Below are positions 24,487 to 32,000 of a DNA stretch of 32,000 bases, one piece after another. The notes under the pieces were generated by a model that was not told the DNA's origin, did no database searches, and worked only from the letters and a program-made list of their open reading frames with translations. Each line of letters opens with the position of its first letter. Within the stretch, counting starts at the first letter, position 1. The stretch is from positions 510,001-542,000 of the forward strand of contig CP064962.1 in NCBI GenBank assembly GCA_016699145.1, in the 5' to 3' direction. Source of the DNA: Candidatus Saccharimonadota bacterium (GTDB taxonomy: Bacteria; Patescibacteriota; Gracilibacteria; UBA1369; 2-02-FULL-48-14). Made by a program: the position numbers and the translations under genes.

Positions 24487-25524
24487 ATGCGTGTTGCCAT
24501 CAATGGTTTTGGCCGAATCGGACGAATGATTTTTCGAGCCAATTTGATGAATCCTAAAATAGACATCGTGGCGGTGAACGACCTTGGCGATCCCACTCAA
24601 ACCGCGCACTTGCTCAAGTACGACTCCAGCTATGGCATCCTTCCCATGGACGTTAAAGGTGAACTGGGAAAACTCACCGTGACTCGACCCGACGGAGGCA
24701 AAACGGAAGTCGTGCTGGTACAAAATCGGGACCCATTGCTTTTGCCTTGGAAAGATTTAAACATCGACCTTGTCATTGAATGCACCGGGGCTTTCACCAG
24801 CCGCGAAGGAGCCAGCAAACACATCCAAGCCGGTGCCAAACGCGTTATGATCTCCGCTCCTGCCAAAGACGAAATCGATCATACTCTCGTGATGGGAGTG
24901 AACCACTTGGACTACAACCCCACCAAAGATTTCATCGTGTCCAACGCCAGTTGCACCACCAACTGTCTCGCACCGGTCGCCAAAGTGCTCAGCCAAAGTT
25001 TCGGCATCCAGCGAGGGCTCATGACCACTATCCATTCCTACACCAACGACCAAAATCTTTTGGACAACGATCACAAAGATCTGCGCCGCGCGCGGGCTGC
25101 AAACCTCAGCATGATTCCCACTTCCACAGGAGCCGCCAAAGCCATTGGACTTGTGCTGCCCGAGCTCGATAAGAAATTCCATGGCATCGCCATCCGCGTG
25201 CCCACCCCCGTGGTTTCTTTAGTGGATTTGACTGCAGAACTCAATCGAGAAGTCACCGCCGAAGAAGTGAATGCTGCCATGAAAGCTGCCTCCGAAACTC
25301 CCTTGGAACAAGGCGGTCTCAAAGGGATATTGGGCTACTGTGAGGCCCCTTTGGTTTCTGTCGATTTCAAAATGGATCCGCGTTCCAGCATCTTCGACGC
25401 GCTCGAAACCCAAGTGCTCGGCAAAACCGGCAACTTTATAAAAGTGCTTTCTTGGTACGACAACGAATGGGGCTACTCCATGCGCTGCATAGATTTGGCG
25501 GCCTATATGGAAAGTCGAGAGTGA
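24487..25524 (+). CDS. gap: Type I glyceraldehyde-3-phosphate dehydrogenase
   Basis: NAD-binding motif INGFGRIGR, active-site signature SNASCTTNCLAP, and the WYDNEWGYS C-terminal motif. Confidence 0.95.
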   Translation: MRVAINGFGRIGRMIFRANLMNPKIDIVAVNDLGDPTQTAHLLKYDSSYGILPMDVKGELGKLTVTRPDGGKTEVVLVQNRDPLLLPWKDLNIDLVIECTGAFTSREGASKHIQAGAKRVMISAPAKDEIDHTLVMGVNHLDYNPTKDFIVSNASCTTNCLAPVAKVLSQSFGIQRGLMTTIHSYTNDQNLLDNDHKDLRRARAANLSMIPTSTGAAKAIGLVLPELDKKFHGIAIRVPTPVVSLVDLTAELNREVTAEEVNAAMKAASETPLEQGGLKGILGYCEAPLVSVDFKMDPRSSIFDALETQVLGKTGNFIKVLSWYDNEWGYSMRCIDLAAYMESRE

Positions 25525-25536
25525 AAATTGATCTGT

Positions 25537-25560
25537 AAATTCCTCCCCGGGGAGGAATTT
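25537..25560 (+). terminator. Intrinsic terminator candidate after gap (24-bp perfect palindrome)
   Basis: AAATTCCTCCCCGGGGAGGAATTT starts 12 nt after the gap stop. It has a GC-rich stem core and its 3' arm ends in a T-run (GAGGAATTTTAA). Confidence 0.6.
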
Positions 25561-25585
25561 TAACCTGCAAGAAATTTTGGGTCAT

Positions 25586-25796
25586 TAGAGGCTATCTCAA
25601 AAAAAGGGAAGAGCAAGAACGCAGAGTGTTTTAAGCTGAAAGAGCTGAAGACGAAGGAGGCTTAGCTGGGCTAAGTCGACTGAGGATGAAGCTTTTGTAA
25701 GCAAAATAATCCAGTTCTTACCTTTAAGAGTAGAAAGGACGGGCACGAAATCAGTGCCGTCCTAAATACTCTGGTCTTTTTTTGAGATAGCCTCTA
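25586..25796. repeat. 211-bp element bounded by perfect 20-bp inverted repeats (candidate MITE-like insertion or structured ncRNA)
   Basis: Left arm TAGAGGCTATCTCAAAAAAA (25586-25605) is the exact reverse complement of right arm TTTTTTTGAGATAGCCTCTA (25777-25796). Internal hairpins are GGACGGGCAC-gaaatca-GTGCCGTCC (25737-25762) and CTTAGC-tgg-GCTAAG (25661-25675). There is no ORF. Confidence 0.6.
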
Positions 25797-25811
25797 TTCA
25801 CATAAGCACCC

Positions 25812-25840
25812 TTGCCCCTACCCTGGAAAGTCGCTATAAA
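25812..25840 (+). promoter_or_regulatory. Candidate hrcA promoter (TTGCCC-17 nt-TATAAA), geometry consistent with a leaderless mRNA
   Basis: TTGCCC is at 25812-25817 and TATAAA at 25835-25840. The hrcA ATG begins at 25847, only 6 nt after the -10 hexamer. Confidence 0.45.
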
Positions 25841-25846
25841 GGAAGC

Positions 25847-26572
25847 ATGAGCGAAGCACGTAAAAATCAAATCCTAAGTGCCATCATTGAGCATTTTGTT
25901 CAAACGGCAGAACCGGTGGGCTCAAAGACCATCATTTTGACTTACAATTTTAAAGTCAGTCCCGCAACCGTACGAAACGACATGGCTGATCTGGAAGAAC
26001 AAGGCCTCATCATGCAGCCTCACACCTCCGCCGGACGCATCCCCACCGACAAGGGGTATCGCCTTTATGTGGATGAACTCGCGGATTACGAACAAGCTCA
26101 AACATTGGCAGAACAAACTTTGGGCAAACTGTTGCACGCGCACCGCACCGAAAACGCCAAACAAAAAGTGCATGCAGCGGTGAGCCTGCTTTCTCAAGCG
26201 AGCCCCAACATGGCTTTCGCCACCATTCCCGACAACACCCGAACATTTTTCATGGGCTTTTCAAAAATGCTGCGCCAACCCGAATTCATGGAGGCACCTC
26301 TCAAAGCCAGCCAAGTCATGGAAGTGATTGAAGACCAAAATCACTTTTTAAAATCCTTGCAAAAAATCGATTTGGACCGGGAGCCGCGCATCCTCATTGG
26401 TGAAGAAAACTTGCTGCCCGGCATAGAAAGTTGCTCCATCATTTTTAGCCATTACAATTACGACGGCTACCAAGGCCTCATCGGCCTTTTGGGCCCCAAA
26501 CGCATGCCTTATGCCTACAACAGTTCTGTGCTCGGCAAAGTGCGCGATCTTTTAGAAAATAACCTTTTGTAA
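25847..26572 (+). CDS. hrcA: Heat-inducible transcription repressor HrcA (short, 241 aa)
   Basis: N-terminal winged-helix region ILSAIIEHFVQTAEPVGSKTI...SPATVRNDMADLEEQGLIMQPHTSAGRIPTDKGYRLYVD. The C-terminal GLIGLLGPKRMPY motif is also present. Confidence 0.9.
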   Translation: MSEARKNQILSAIIEHFVQTAEPVGSKTIILTYNFKVSPATVRNDMADLEEQGLIMQPHTSAGRIPTDKGYRLYVDELADYEQAQTLAEQTLGKLLHAHRTENAKQKVHAAVSLLSQASPNMAFATIPDNTRTFFMGFSKMLRQPEFMEAPLKASQVMEVIEDQNHFLKSLQKIDLDREPRILIGEENLLPGIESCSIIFSHYNYDGYQGLIGLLGPKRMPYAYNSSVLGKVRDLLENNLL

Positions 26573-26573
26573 A

Positions 26574-27047
26574 ATGACAGACAATTCCAATATTTCCGAG
26601 CAGAGCATGAACCAATTACAAGCAGATTTAGCCGCAATGACCGAAACGGCCAAGCGCGCTCTCGCCGATTTACAAAATTATAAACGCCGCACCGAAGAAG
26701 AGCGCGCCGAGCTTCAAATCTATGCCAACATGAAGTTGCTACAAGCCCTCTTCCCTGCTTTGGACAACTTTGCGCGTGCCTTCGCAAATGTCCCAGAAGA
26801 TCTGAAAAACAACGAGTGGGTGAAAGGAATTGAGGCCATTGAAACTTCGCTAATGAATGCCCTAAAAGGCCTGGGTCTAGAAAGTATTGAACAGACTCAA
26901 ACTCCCTTCGATGCCAACCTGCATGAAATCCTTTTAGAAGAAGATGGAAACGAAGGACAAGTGATTCAAGTGTTTGAAAAAGGGTATCGTTTCAACGGAA
27001 AAACACTGAGGCCCGCAAAAGTCAGCATCGGCAAAACAGAAAAATAA
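26574..27047 (+). CDS. grpE: Nucleotide exchange factor GrpE
   Basis: Contains ADLQNYKRRTEEER and the C-terminal beta domain ...VFEKGYRFNGKTLRPAKVSIGK. It starts 1 nt after the hrcA stop. Confidence 0.9.
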   Translation: MTDNSNISEQSMNQLQADLAAMTETAKRALADLQNYKRRTEEERAELQIYANMKLLQALFPALDNFARAFANVPEDLKNNEWVKGIEAIETSLMNALKGLGLESIEQTQTPFDANLHEILLEEDGNEGQVIQVFEKGYRFNGKTLRPAKVSIGKTEK

Positions 27048-27122
27048 CCCTAGAAAAGGTAAAGAAAAAACACTAGAAATATAATCCAGAAAAGATAGTA
27101 TAAAGGAAAGAATACTCCTGCC

Positions 27123-30100
27123 ATGTCACGCCTCCCCTTCTTTAATAAAGTCCTCAAAGCCCTGTTCCTGCTGAGTATAGCGGTCTTTTTTCAATGGCAA
27201 ATGACGCAGAACGCTTCTGCGGCCACTCGAACCTGGGATGGCGGAGGAAGCACCAACAACTGGAGCGACTGTGTGAACTGGTCCAATGACACGTGTCCCA
27301 CCACAGCGGATGTGGCCACTTTCGACGCGACCTCTGTAAAAAATGCCACCCTCGACAATGGTTTCACGACCGGCGTCACCACCTTCAACATGAATACGGG
27401 TTACACCGGAATCATCACTCAAGGGCGCTCTTTCGTAGTGAGTGGAAACACCACCCTCGCTTCTGGAACTTTCAATGGAAACTCTGACGCCCTCACTTTC
27501 ACAGGAAGTTTTGGCCAGAGCGGAGGGGCCTTCAACGGCGGCGCTCAAAACGTGCTACACACGGGTGCTTTCACCATAAGTGGAGGTGCGTACACAGCCA
27601 GTTCTAGCACAACCACTTTTGCAGCTGCTTTCACCCACACCATAGGAGGAACCTTTAGTCACAATAACGGTACCGTCGTCTTCACAGGAGCCGCGGCAAC
27701 TATCAATGTCGCCACTACAGAAACCTTTCAAAACCTACAAGTCAATAAGAACAATGCTGTAAACTTAACGATCTCTTCCGGGGATACCTTAGTAGTTAAC
27801 GACACGACCACTCTCACCAATGGAGGTTTGGGTGGAACCGGAACCTTGAATGTGGCCAAATCCATTTCTGTGAATTCAGGATGGGATGGTTCCACAACTG
27901 GAACCATCAGCATCACTGGAACAGATGTTCAATCTTTATCCTTAAACGGAGACCAAGCTCGCCTTGCCGGAACCATCACTCTCAACAACCCGAACTTCAC
28001 CATCAATGGAACAGGATCAGGGACTTTGAACTTCAATATTCTCAATCTTCAAGCAGGTATCCTGGATGCCACAGGTTTCAGCCTAAGTGTGGCTAGCACC
28101 TTCTCTCAAAGCGGCGGAACTTTCACCGGAGGCTCAGGCACTGTGACACATACCGATGACTTCACCCTCAGCGCCGGCACCTACACCGCCACTTCTGGCA
28201 CCACCGATTTCGCAGCCGGCTTCACTCATACCGCCGGAGGAACGTTCAGCCACAATGAAGGCACCGTGGTTTTCTCGGGAGGAGCAGCAACCGTCAATGT
28301 GGCCACGAGTGAAACTTTTAAGAACTTGCAAATCAATAAAAACAACGCCACCAACTTAACCATTTCAGCCGGAGACACTTTGATTGTGGGTGCCACGACC
28401 ACTCTCACCAATGGAGGTTTGGGTGGAACCGGAACCTTGAACGTGGCCAAATCCATCTCTGTCGATTCAGGGTGGGATGGCTCAACCAATGGAACCATCA
28501 ACATCACTGGAACAGACGTTCAATCTTTATCCCTGAATGGAGACCAAGCTCGTCTCGCGGGAACCATCACCCTCAACAACCCGAACTTCACCATCAATGG
28601 AACAGGATCGGGTACTTTAAACTTCAATATTCTCAATCTCCAAGCAGGTACCGTGAATGCCACGGGTTTCAACCTCACTGTGGCCAGCACCTTCTCTCAA
28701 TCCGGGGGAGTCTTTACTGGAGGAAGCGGCACCATCACTCATACCAATAACTTCACTCTTTCCGGTGGGACTTACACTGCCAGCTCCGGAACCACCAACT
28801 TCGCAGGGGATTTTACTCGTACTGCAGGAGGAACTTTCACTCATAATAATGGAAGCATCGTCACAAATGGCGGCGCAAGCGCTTGGGATGTGACGGGTAC
28901 AGAAACCCTTCACAATCTTACGATCAATACCACAGGAACCAGTATCCTCACAGTGGTCAGCGGAGACACTTTAGTAATCGAGGGCACTTTGCTCCTACAA
29001 AATGGTCAATTCAGCGCGGGAACTTTAAGCGTGCAAGGAGACATGGTTGAAGAAGGCACTTGGGATGGAGGCACTTTAGGAGGCGAAATAAAAGTGGAAG
29101 GTACAGGTACACAAACGGTAACTTTGAATGCAGGAAGTATAGAACCCGCAAACACCTTCACCATCAACAACAGTGACGCCACGGTCAACGCACCGGGCAG
29201 TGGCAGCGCCTACTTCTGGCTCTTCAACCTTTCCGCAGGGACCTTCAATGGAAACGGCGCAACAATCACTATAGACAACACCTTCACTCAAAGCGGCGGG
29301 ACTTTCAATTCGAGCACAGCGAGCCTCAGTTTTTCAGTCAGTATGACTCAAAGTGGAGGAGCCTTTAATGGCAGCTCAGGAACCGTCACCTATGCCGCAG
29401 GTTTCACTCTCTCGGCAGGCACCTATACGGCCAGTTCCGGAACCACCTACTTTCAAGGAAATTTCACTCACACCGCAGGAGGAACCTTCAGCCACAATAA
29501 CGGCACCGTAGAATTCAACACCGCGGGCGACAGCACTTACAACGTAGCTAGCTCAGAGACCTTCAACCACGTGACTCTCAATAAAGCAGGTTCCAATGCG
29601 ACCATCTCTTCAGGAGACACCTTCATCGTATTGGGAAACCTAACTTTAAGCGATGGACGTTTCAATACTGGAACTTTGGAGATCTATGGCGACGTAAGCG
29701 TCGGAGCTGCTTACGATGCAGCCAGTTCTCCCATGATTTTTAGAGGATCCGCAACGCAAATCTTCACCCTGGGAATAGCAAACAGCATCAATGGGGACCT
29801 CACCATCAACAAAAATGGCGGGTCTGTGCAACAAAGTGGCGCTTTGATTTTAGATGCAAATTCTCAAGACCTCCTCATCACATTAGGCACTTACAACATC
29901 AATGGATCCGACTTAAGCGTGAATGGCACGTCGGGAACAATGGTCGTACAAAACGGTGGAATTTTCCAACTCCAAGGAGGGGAATCCATCACATTGAACG
30001 GAGGAAATCCAAGTTTACAAACAGGCAGCCTTGTGAAATACAACGGCGCGGCTGGCCCTTACACTCTTAAGGATTTCACCTACAAATCCTTAGAAATTGC

Positions 30101-32000
30101 GGGCGGAGCCAGTTCCATCTTTGCCTTGCCAGCCACCCTAAGCATCGGTGAAAACTTAAGCATCACTTCAGGAATTTTGCGCTTGGCAGGCAATGCACTC
30201 ACCGTGACGGGAACTTTTTCCAACACAGGCACCTTGCAATTGCAAGGGGGCGAAAGCGTAACTTTGACCAACGACAGCAATTCCGGAACAGTGGAATATG
30301 TGGGTGATGGAGACAGTGGAGCCGATGACTACACTTTAAAAAATTGGACTTATTACCATCTCAGCATCGCCACCACCGATGCCAACGATTCCATCACGGC
30401 TTCCACTTCCCCTGTCGACATCAATGGAAATCTTTCAATTTCGAATGGAACCTTCGTGGCCCCCACGGTCTTGAATCTCAGCGGAAATTTTGCACGCAGC
30501 GGAGGCACATTCAACCCCAATAGTGGAACCGTGGTTTTGAATGGCGGCAACCAAAGCATCAGCGGAACCCTCACTTTCAACAACCTCAGCAAAATCACCA
30601 GCTCAAGCGTCACTCTCACCTTACCCGCCAGTACCACTCTCACCATTACCGGCACCTTGACGCTCAAAGGAGTTTCCGGCCAGCTCCTCGCCCTTCGCAG
30701 CAGTTCCAATGACATGCAAGCCGTAATCGACGCACAAGGTTCACGCATCGTGGAATACCTCGACATAAAAGACAACAGCAACATCAATGCCACCGCGATT
30801 TCTTGTGGAAATTGTGTCAACAGTCTCAACAACAACGGCTGGAATTTCAACATCGCCAACATCAGCGTCAGTGCCATTTCAGGGAACACCACCGAAGCAG
30901 GCGGCACAGCCACTTTCACCGTAGTGCTCGACACCGAACCCAGCGCCGACGTTAGTTTCAATATCAGCAGCAGCGATACTAGCGAAGGCACCGTGTCCCC
31001 CTCCTCTCTCACTTTCACATCCGAAAATTGGGATACGCCTCAAACCGTCACCGTAACGGGAGTGAACGATGCTTTTGTGGACGGAGACATCAGCTTCAAC
31101 ATTGTGAATGGCAGCATCACTTCAGCAGATGGCGAGTACAACGGCTTGAATCCCAGCGACGTGAGTGTAACGAACACAGACAACGACATCATAGGCCTCA
31201 CCATCGTTGAATCCGGCGGTAACAGCGCTGTGACCGAAGGGGGAGCCACCGATTCTTACACCGTGGTTTTAAACACCGAACCCACCGACGACGTGACCGT
31301 GAGTTTCACCGTAGGTTCCCAAATTTCTTTGAGCAGTCCGAGCTTCATTTTCACCCCAGAAAATTGGGACGATCCGCAAACCCTCACTATCACCGCCGTC
31401 AATGACGCCATTGCCGAAGGAGCTCACTCCACCAACATTTCTCAAACAGTGTCCAGCAGCGACCCTCAATACGATGGCCTGGGTCTGAGCAGTATCAGCG
31501 TGGCCATCACCGATAACGACACCGCGGGCCTCACTGTCAGCGCCATTTCGGGCAACGTTTCTGAAGCCGGAACCACCGCCACTTTCACCGTAGTGCTCAC
31601 CTCTCAACCCATCGCAAACGTCAGCTTCAGCGTGATGAGCAGCGACACCACCGAAGGCACCGTATCCCCCAGCTCTCTAACCTTCACTTCCGAAAATTGG
31701 AGCACCCCCCAAACGGTCACCGTAACAGGGGCCAATGATTTTGTGGTGGATGGAAGCATTGCCTTCAGCATCGTGAATGGAAGCACCACTTCCGACGACT
31801 TGAATTACAGTGGCATAAATGTCAACGACGTGAGCCTCAACTGCAGCGACAACGACGTAGCCGGCTTCAGCGTCAGCGCCATTTCGGGCAACGTTTCTGA
31901 AAGCGGTAACACCGCGACCTACACTGTGGTCTTGATTTCAGAACCCACTGACGACGTGAGCTTCGACGTAGAAAGCAGCGACCTCAGCGAAGGCACTGTC
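27123..32000 (+). CDS. Secreted giant surface protein (partial; open to the window end): beta-helix-like repeats followed by Calx-beta-like modules
   Basis: The ATG at 27123 opens a frame that runs uninterrupted for 1626 codons to position 32000. It is absent from the ORF track because it has no stop in the window. Signal peptide: MSRLPFFNKVLKALFLLSIAVFFQWQMTQNASA. Gly/Thr/Asn-rich repeats (GGTFxGGSGTVTHT..FTLSAGTYTA.SGTT.F...FTHTAGGTFSHNNGTVVF) are followed, from about 30850, by roughly 110-aa modules (VSAISGN..EAGGTATFTVVL...PQTVTVTG.ND..VDG...DND). Confidence 0.85.
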   Translation, partial: MSRLPFFNKVLKALFLLSIAVFFQWQMTQNASAATRTWDGGGSTNNWSDCVNWSNDTCPTTADVATFDATSVKNATLDNGFTTGVTTFNMNTGYTGIITQGRSFVVSGNTTLASGTFNGNSDALTFTGSFGQSGGAFNGGAQNVLHTGAFTISGGAYTASSSTTTFAAAFTHTIGGTFSHNNGTVVFTGAAATINVATTETFQNLQVNKNNAVNLTISSGDTLVVNDTTTLTNGGLGGTGTLNVAKSISVNSGWDGSTTGTISITGTDVQSLSLNGDQARLAGTITLNNPNFTINGTGSGTLNFNILNLQAGILDATGFSLSVASTFSQSGGTFTGGSGTVTHTDDFTLSAGTYTATSGTTDFAAGFTHTAGGTFSHNEGTVVFSGGAATVNVATSETFKNLQINKNNATNLTISAGDTLIVGATTTLTNGGLGGTGTLNVAKSISVDSGWDGSTNGTINITGTDVQSLSLNGDQARLAGTITLNNPNFTINGTGSGTLNFNILNLQAGTVNATGFNLTVASTFSQSGGVFTGGSGTITHTNNFTLSGGTYTASSGTTNFAGDFTRTAGGTFTHNNGSIVTNGGASAWDVTGTETLHNLTINTTGTSILTVVSGDTLVIEGTLLLQNGQFSAGTLSVQGDMVEEGTWDGGTLGGEIKVEGTGTQTVTLNAGSIEPANTFTINNSDATVNAPGSGSAYFWLFNLSAGTFNGNGATITIDNTFTQSGGTFNSSTASLSFSVSMTQSGGAFNGSSGTVTYAAGFTLSAGTYTASSGTTYFQGNFTHTAGGTFSHNNGTVEFNTAGDSTYNVASSETFNHVTLNKAGSNATISSGDTFIVLGNLTLSDGRFNTGTLEIYGDVSVGAAYDAASSPMIFRGSATQIFTLGIANSINGDLTINKNGGSVQQSGALILDANSQDLLITLGTYNINGSDLSVNGTSGTMVVQNGGIFQLQGGESITLNGGNPSLQTGSLVKYNGAAGPYTLKDFTYKSLEIAGGASSIFALPATLSIGENLSITSGILRLAGNALTVTGTFSNTGTLQLQGGESVTLTNDSNSGTVEYVGDGDSGADDYTLKNWTYYHLSIATTDANDSITASTSPVDINGNLSISNGTFVAPTVLNLSGNFARSGGTFNPNSGTVVLNGGNQSISGTLTFNNLSKITSSSVTLTLPASTTLTITGTLTLKGVSGQLLALRSSSNDMQAVIDAQGSRIVEYLDIKDNSNINATAISCGNCVNSLNNNGWNFNIANISVSAISGNTTEAGGTATFTVVLDTEPSADVSFNISSSDTSEGTVSPSSLTFTSENWDTPQTVTVTGVNDAFVDGDISFNIVNGSITSADGEYNGLNPSDVSVTNTDNDIIGLTIVESGGNSAVTEGGATDSYTVVLNTEPTDDVTVSFTVGSQISLSSPSFIFTPENWDDPQTLTITAVNDAIAEGAHSTNISQTVSSSDPQYDGLGLSSISVAITDNDTAGLTVSAISGNVSEAGTTATFTVVLTSQPIANVSFSVMSSDTTEGTVSPSSLTFTSENWSTPQTVTVTGANDFVVDGSIAFSIVNGSTTSDDLNYSGINVNDVSLNCSDNDVAGFSVSAISGNVSESGNTATYTVVLISEPTDDVSFDVESSDLSEGTV
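27522..28703 (+). repeat. Two tandem copies of a 591-bp (197-codon) unit inside the surface-protein gene, followed by more diverged copies
   Basis: Copy A (27522-28112) starts GGAFNGG and copy B (28113-28703) starts GGTFTGG. Long near-identical stretches occur, e.g. ACCACTCTCACCAATGGAGGTTTGGGTGGAACCGGAACCTTGAA at 27803 and 28394. Antisense shadow ORFs sit at the same offset (27916 vs 28507). Confidence 0.9.

Noticed and set aside
25730-25746. GTAGAAAGGACGGGC inside the 211-bp element, which resembles the RNase P RNA P4 motif GAGGAAAGUCCGGGC
   Set aside because: It mismatches at several conserved positions. The element is too short for RNase P RNA, and no matching 3' P4 strand was seen.

Overview
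This looks like a chromosomal, mostly housekeeping window from a bacterium of roughly 50% GC. UGA is used as a stop codon, and I see no obvious Shine-Dalgarno motifs upstream of the starts I checked. The gene style (short HrcA, ComEC without an obvious C-terminal extension, giant repeat-rich proteins) resembles uncultivated reduced-genome lineages, but that is inference only.

Gene order:
- partial membrane protein (-)
- SAM-dependent methyltransferase (+)
- ComEC/Rec2 (-)
- LCP (LytR-CpsA-Psr) protein (+)
- an S11 D-Ala-D-Ala carboxypeptidase split into two ORFs at an A6 run (+)
- mraY (+)
- FecR/DUF5667 putative anti-sigma factor, ECF sigma factor, class I FBPase, a free-standing HNH endonuclease, and class I fructose-bisphosphate aldolase (all -)
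- MFS transporter, VOC/glyoxalase-like protein, clpB (+)
- a 1467-aa orphan giant protein (-)
- HEPN/MNT pair (+)
- FtsL-like protein and rsmH (-)
- membrane-domain/VanW fusion, gap, hrcA, grpE (+)
- the first 1626 codons of a secreted giant beta-helix/Calx-beta-like surface protein, which runs off the window end

No rRNA, tRNA, CRISPR array or transposase was recognised.

Most notable observations:
1. An 18-bp unit (core GTGCCCTGTGGGTRCA) occurs tandemly at three loci within about 900 bp. Two of these are in-frame inside the aldolase gene, where it is translated as (L/Y)(H/Y)PQGT.
2. A 211-bp element bounded by perfect 20-bp inverted repeats sits upstream of hrcA.
3. A perfect CIRCE operator overlaps a consensus-like promoter at clpB, while hrcA itself has none.
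4. The orphan giant protein carries a near-perfect 66-bp tandem repeat and lies next to an HEPN/MNT module.
5. A 591-bp near-identical tandem duplication lies inside the surface-protein gene.
6. The penicillin-binding carboxypeptidase is split by a homopolymer frameshift.

All functional calls come from reading the translated ORFs for remembered family motifs. No database search was run.
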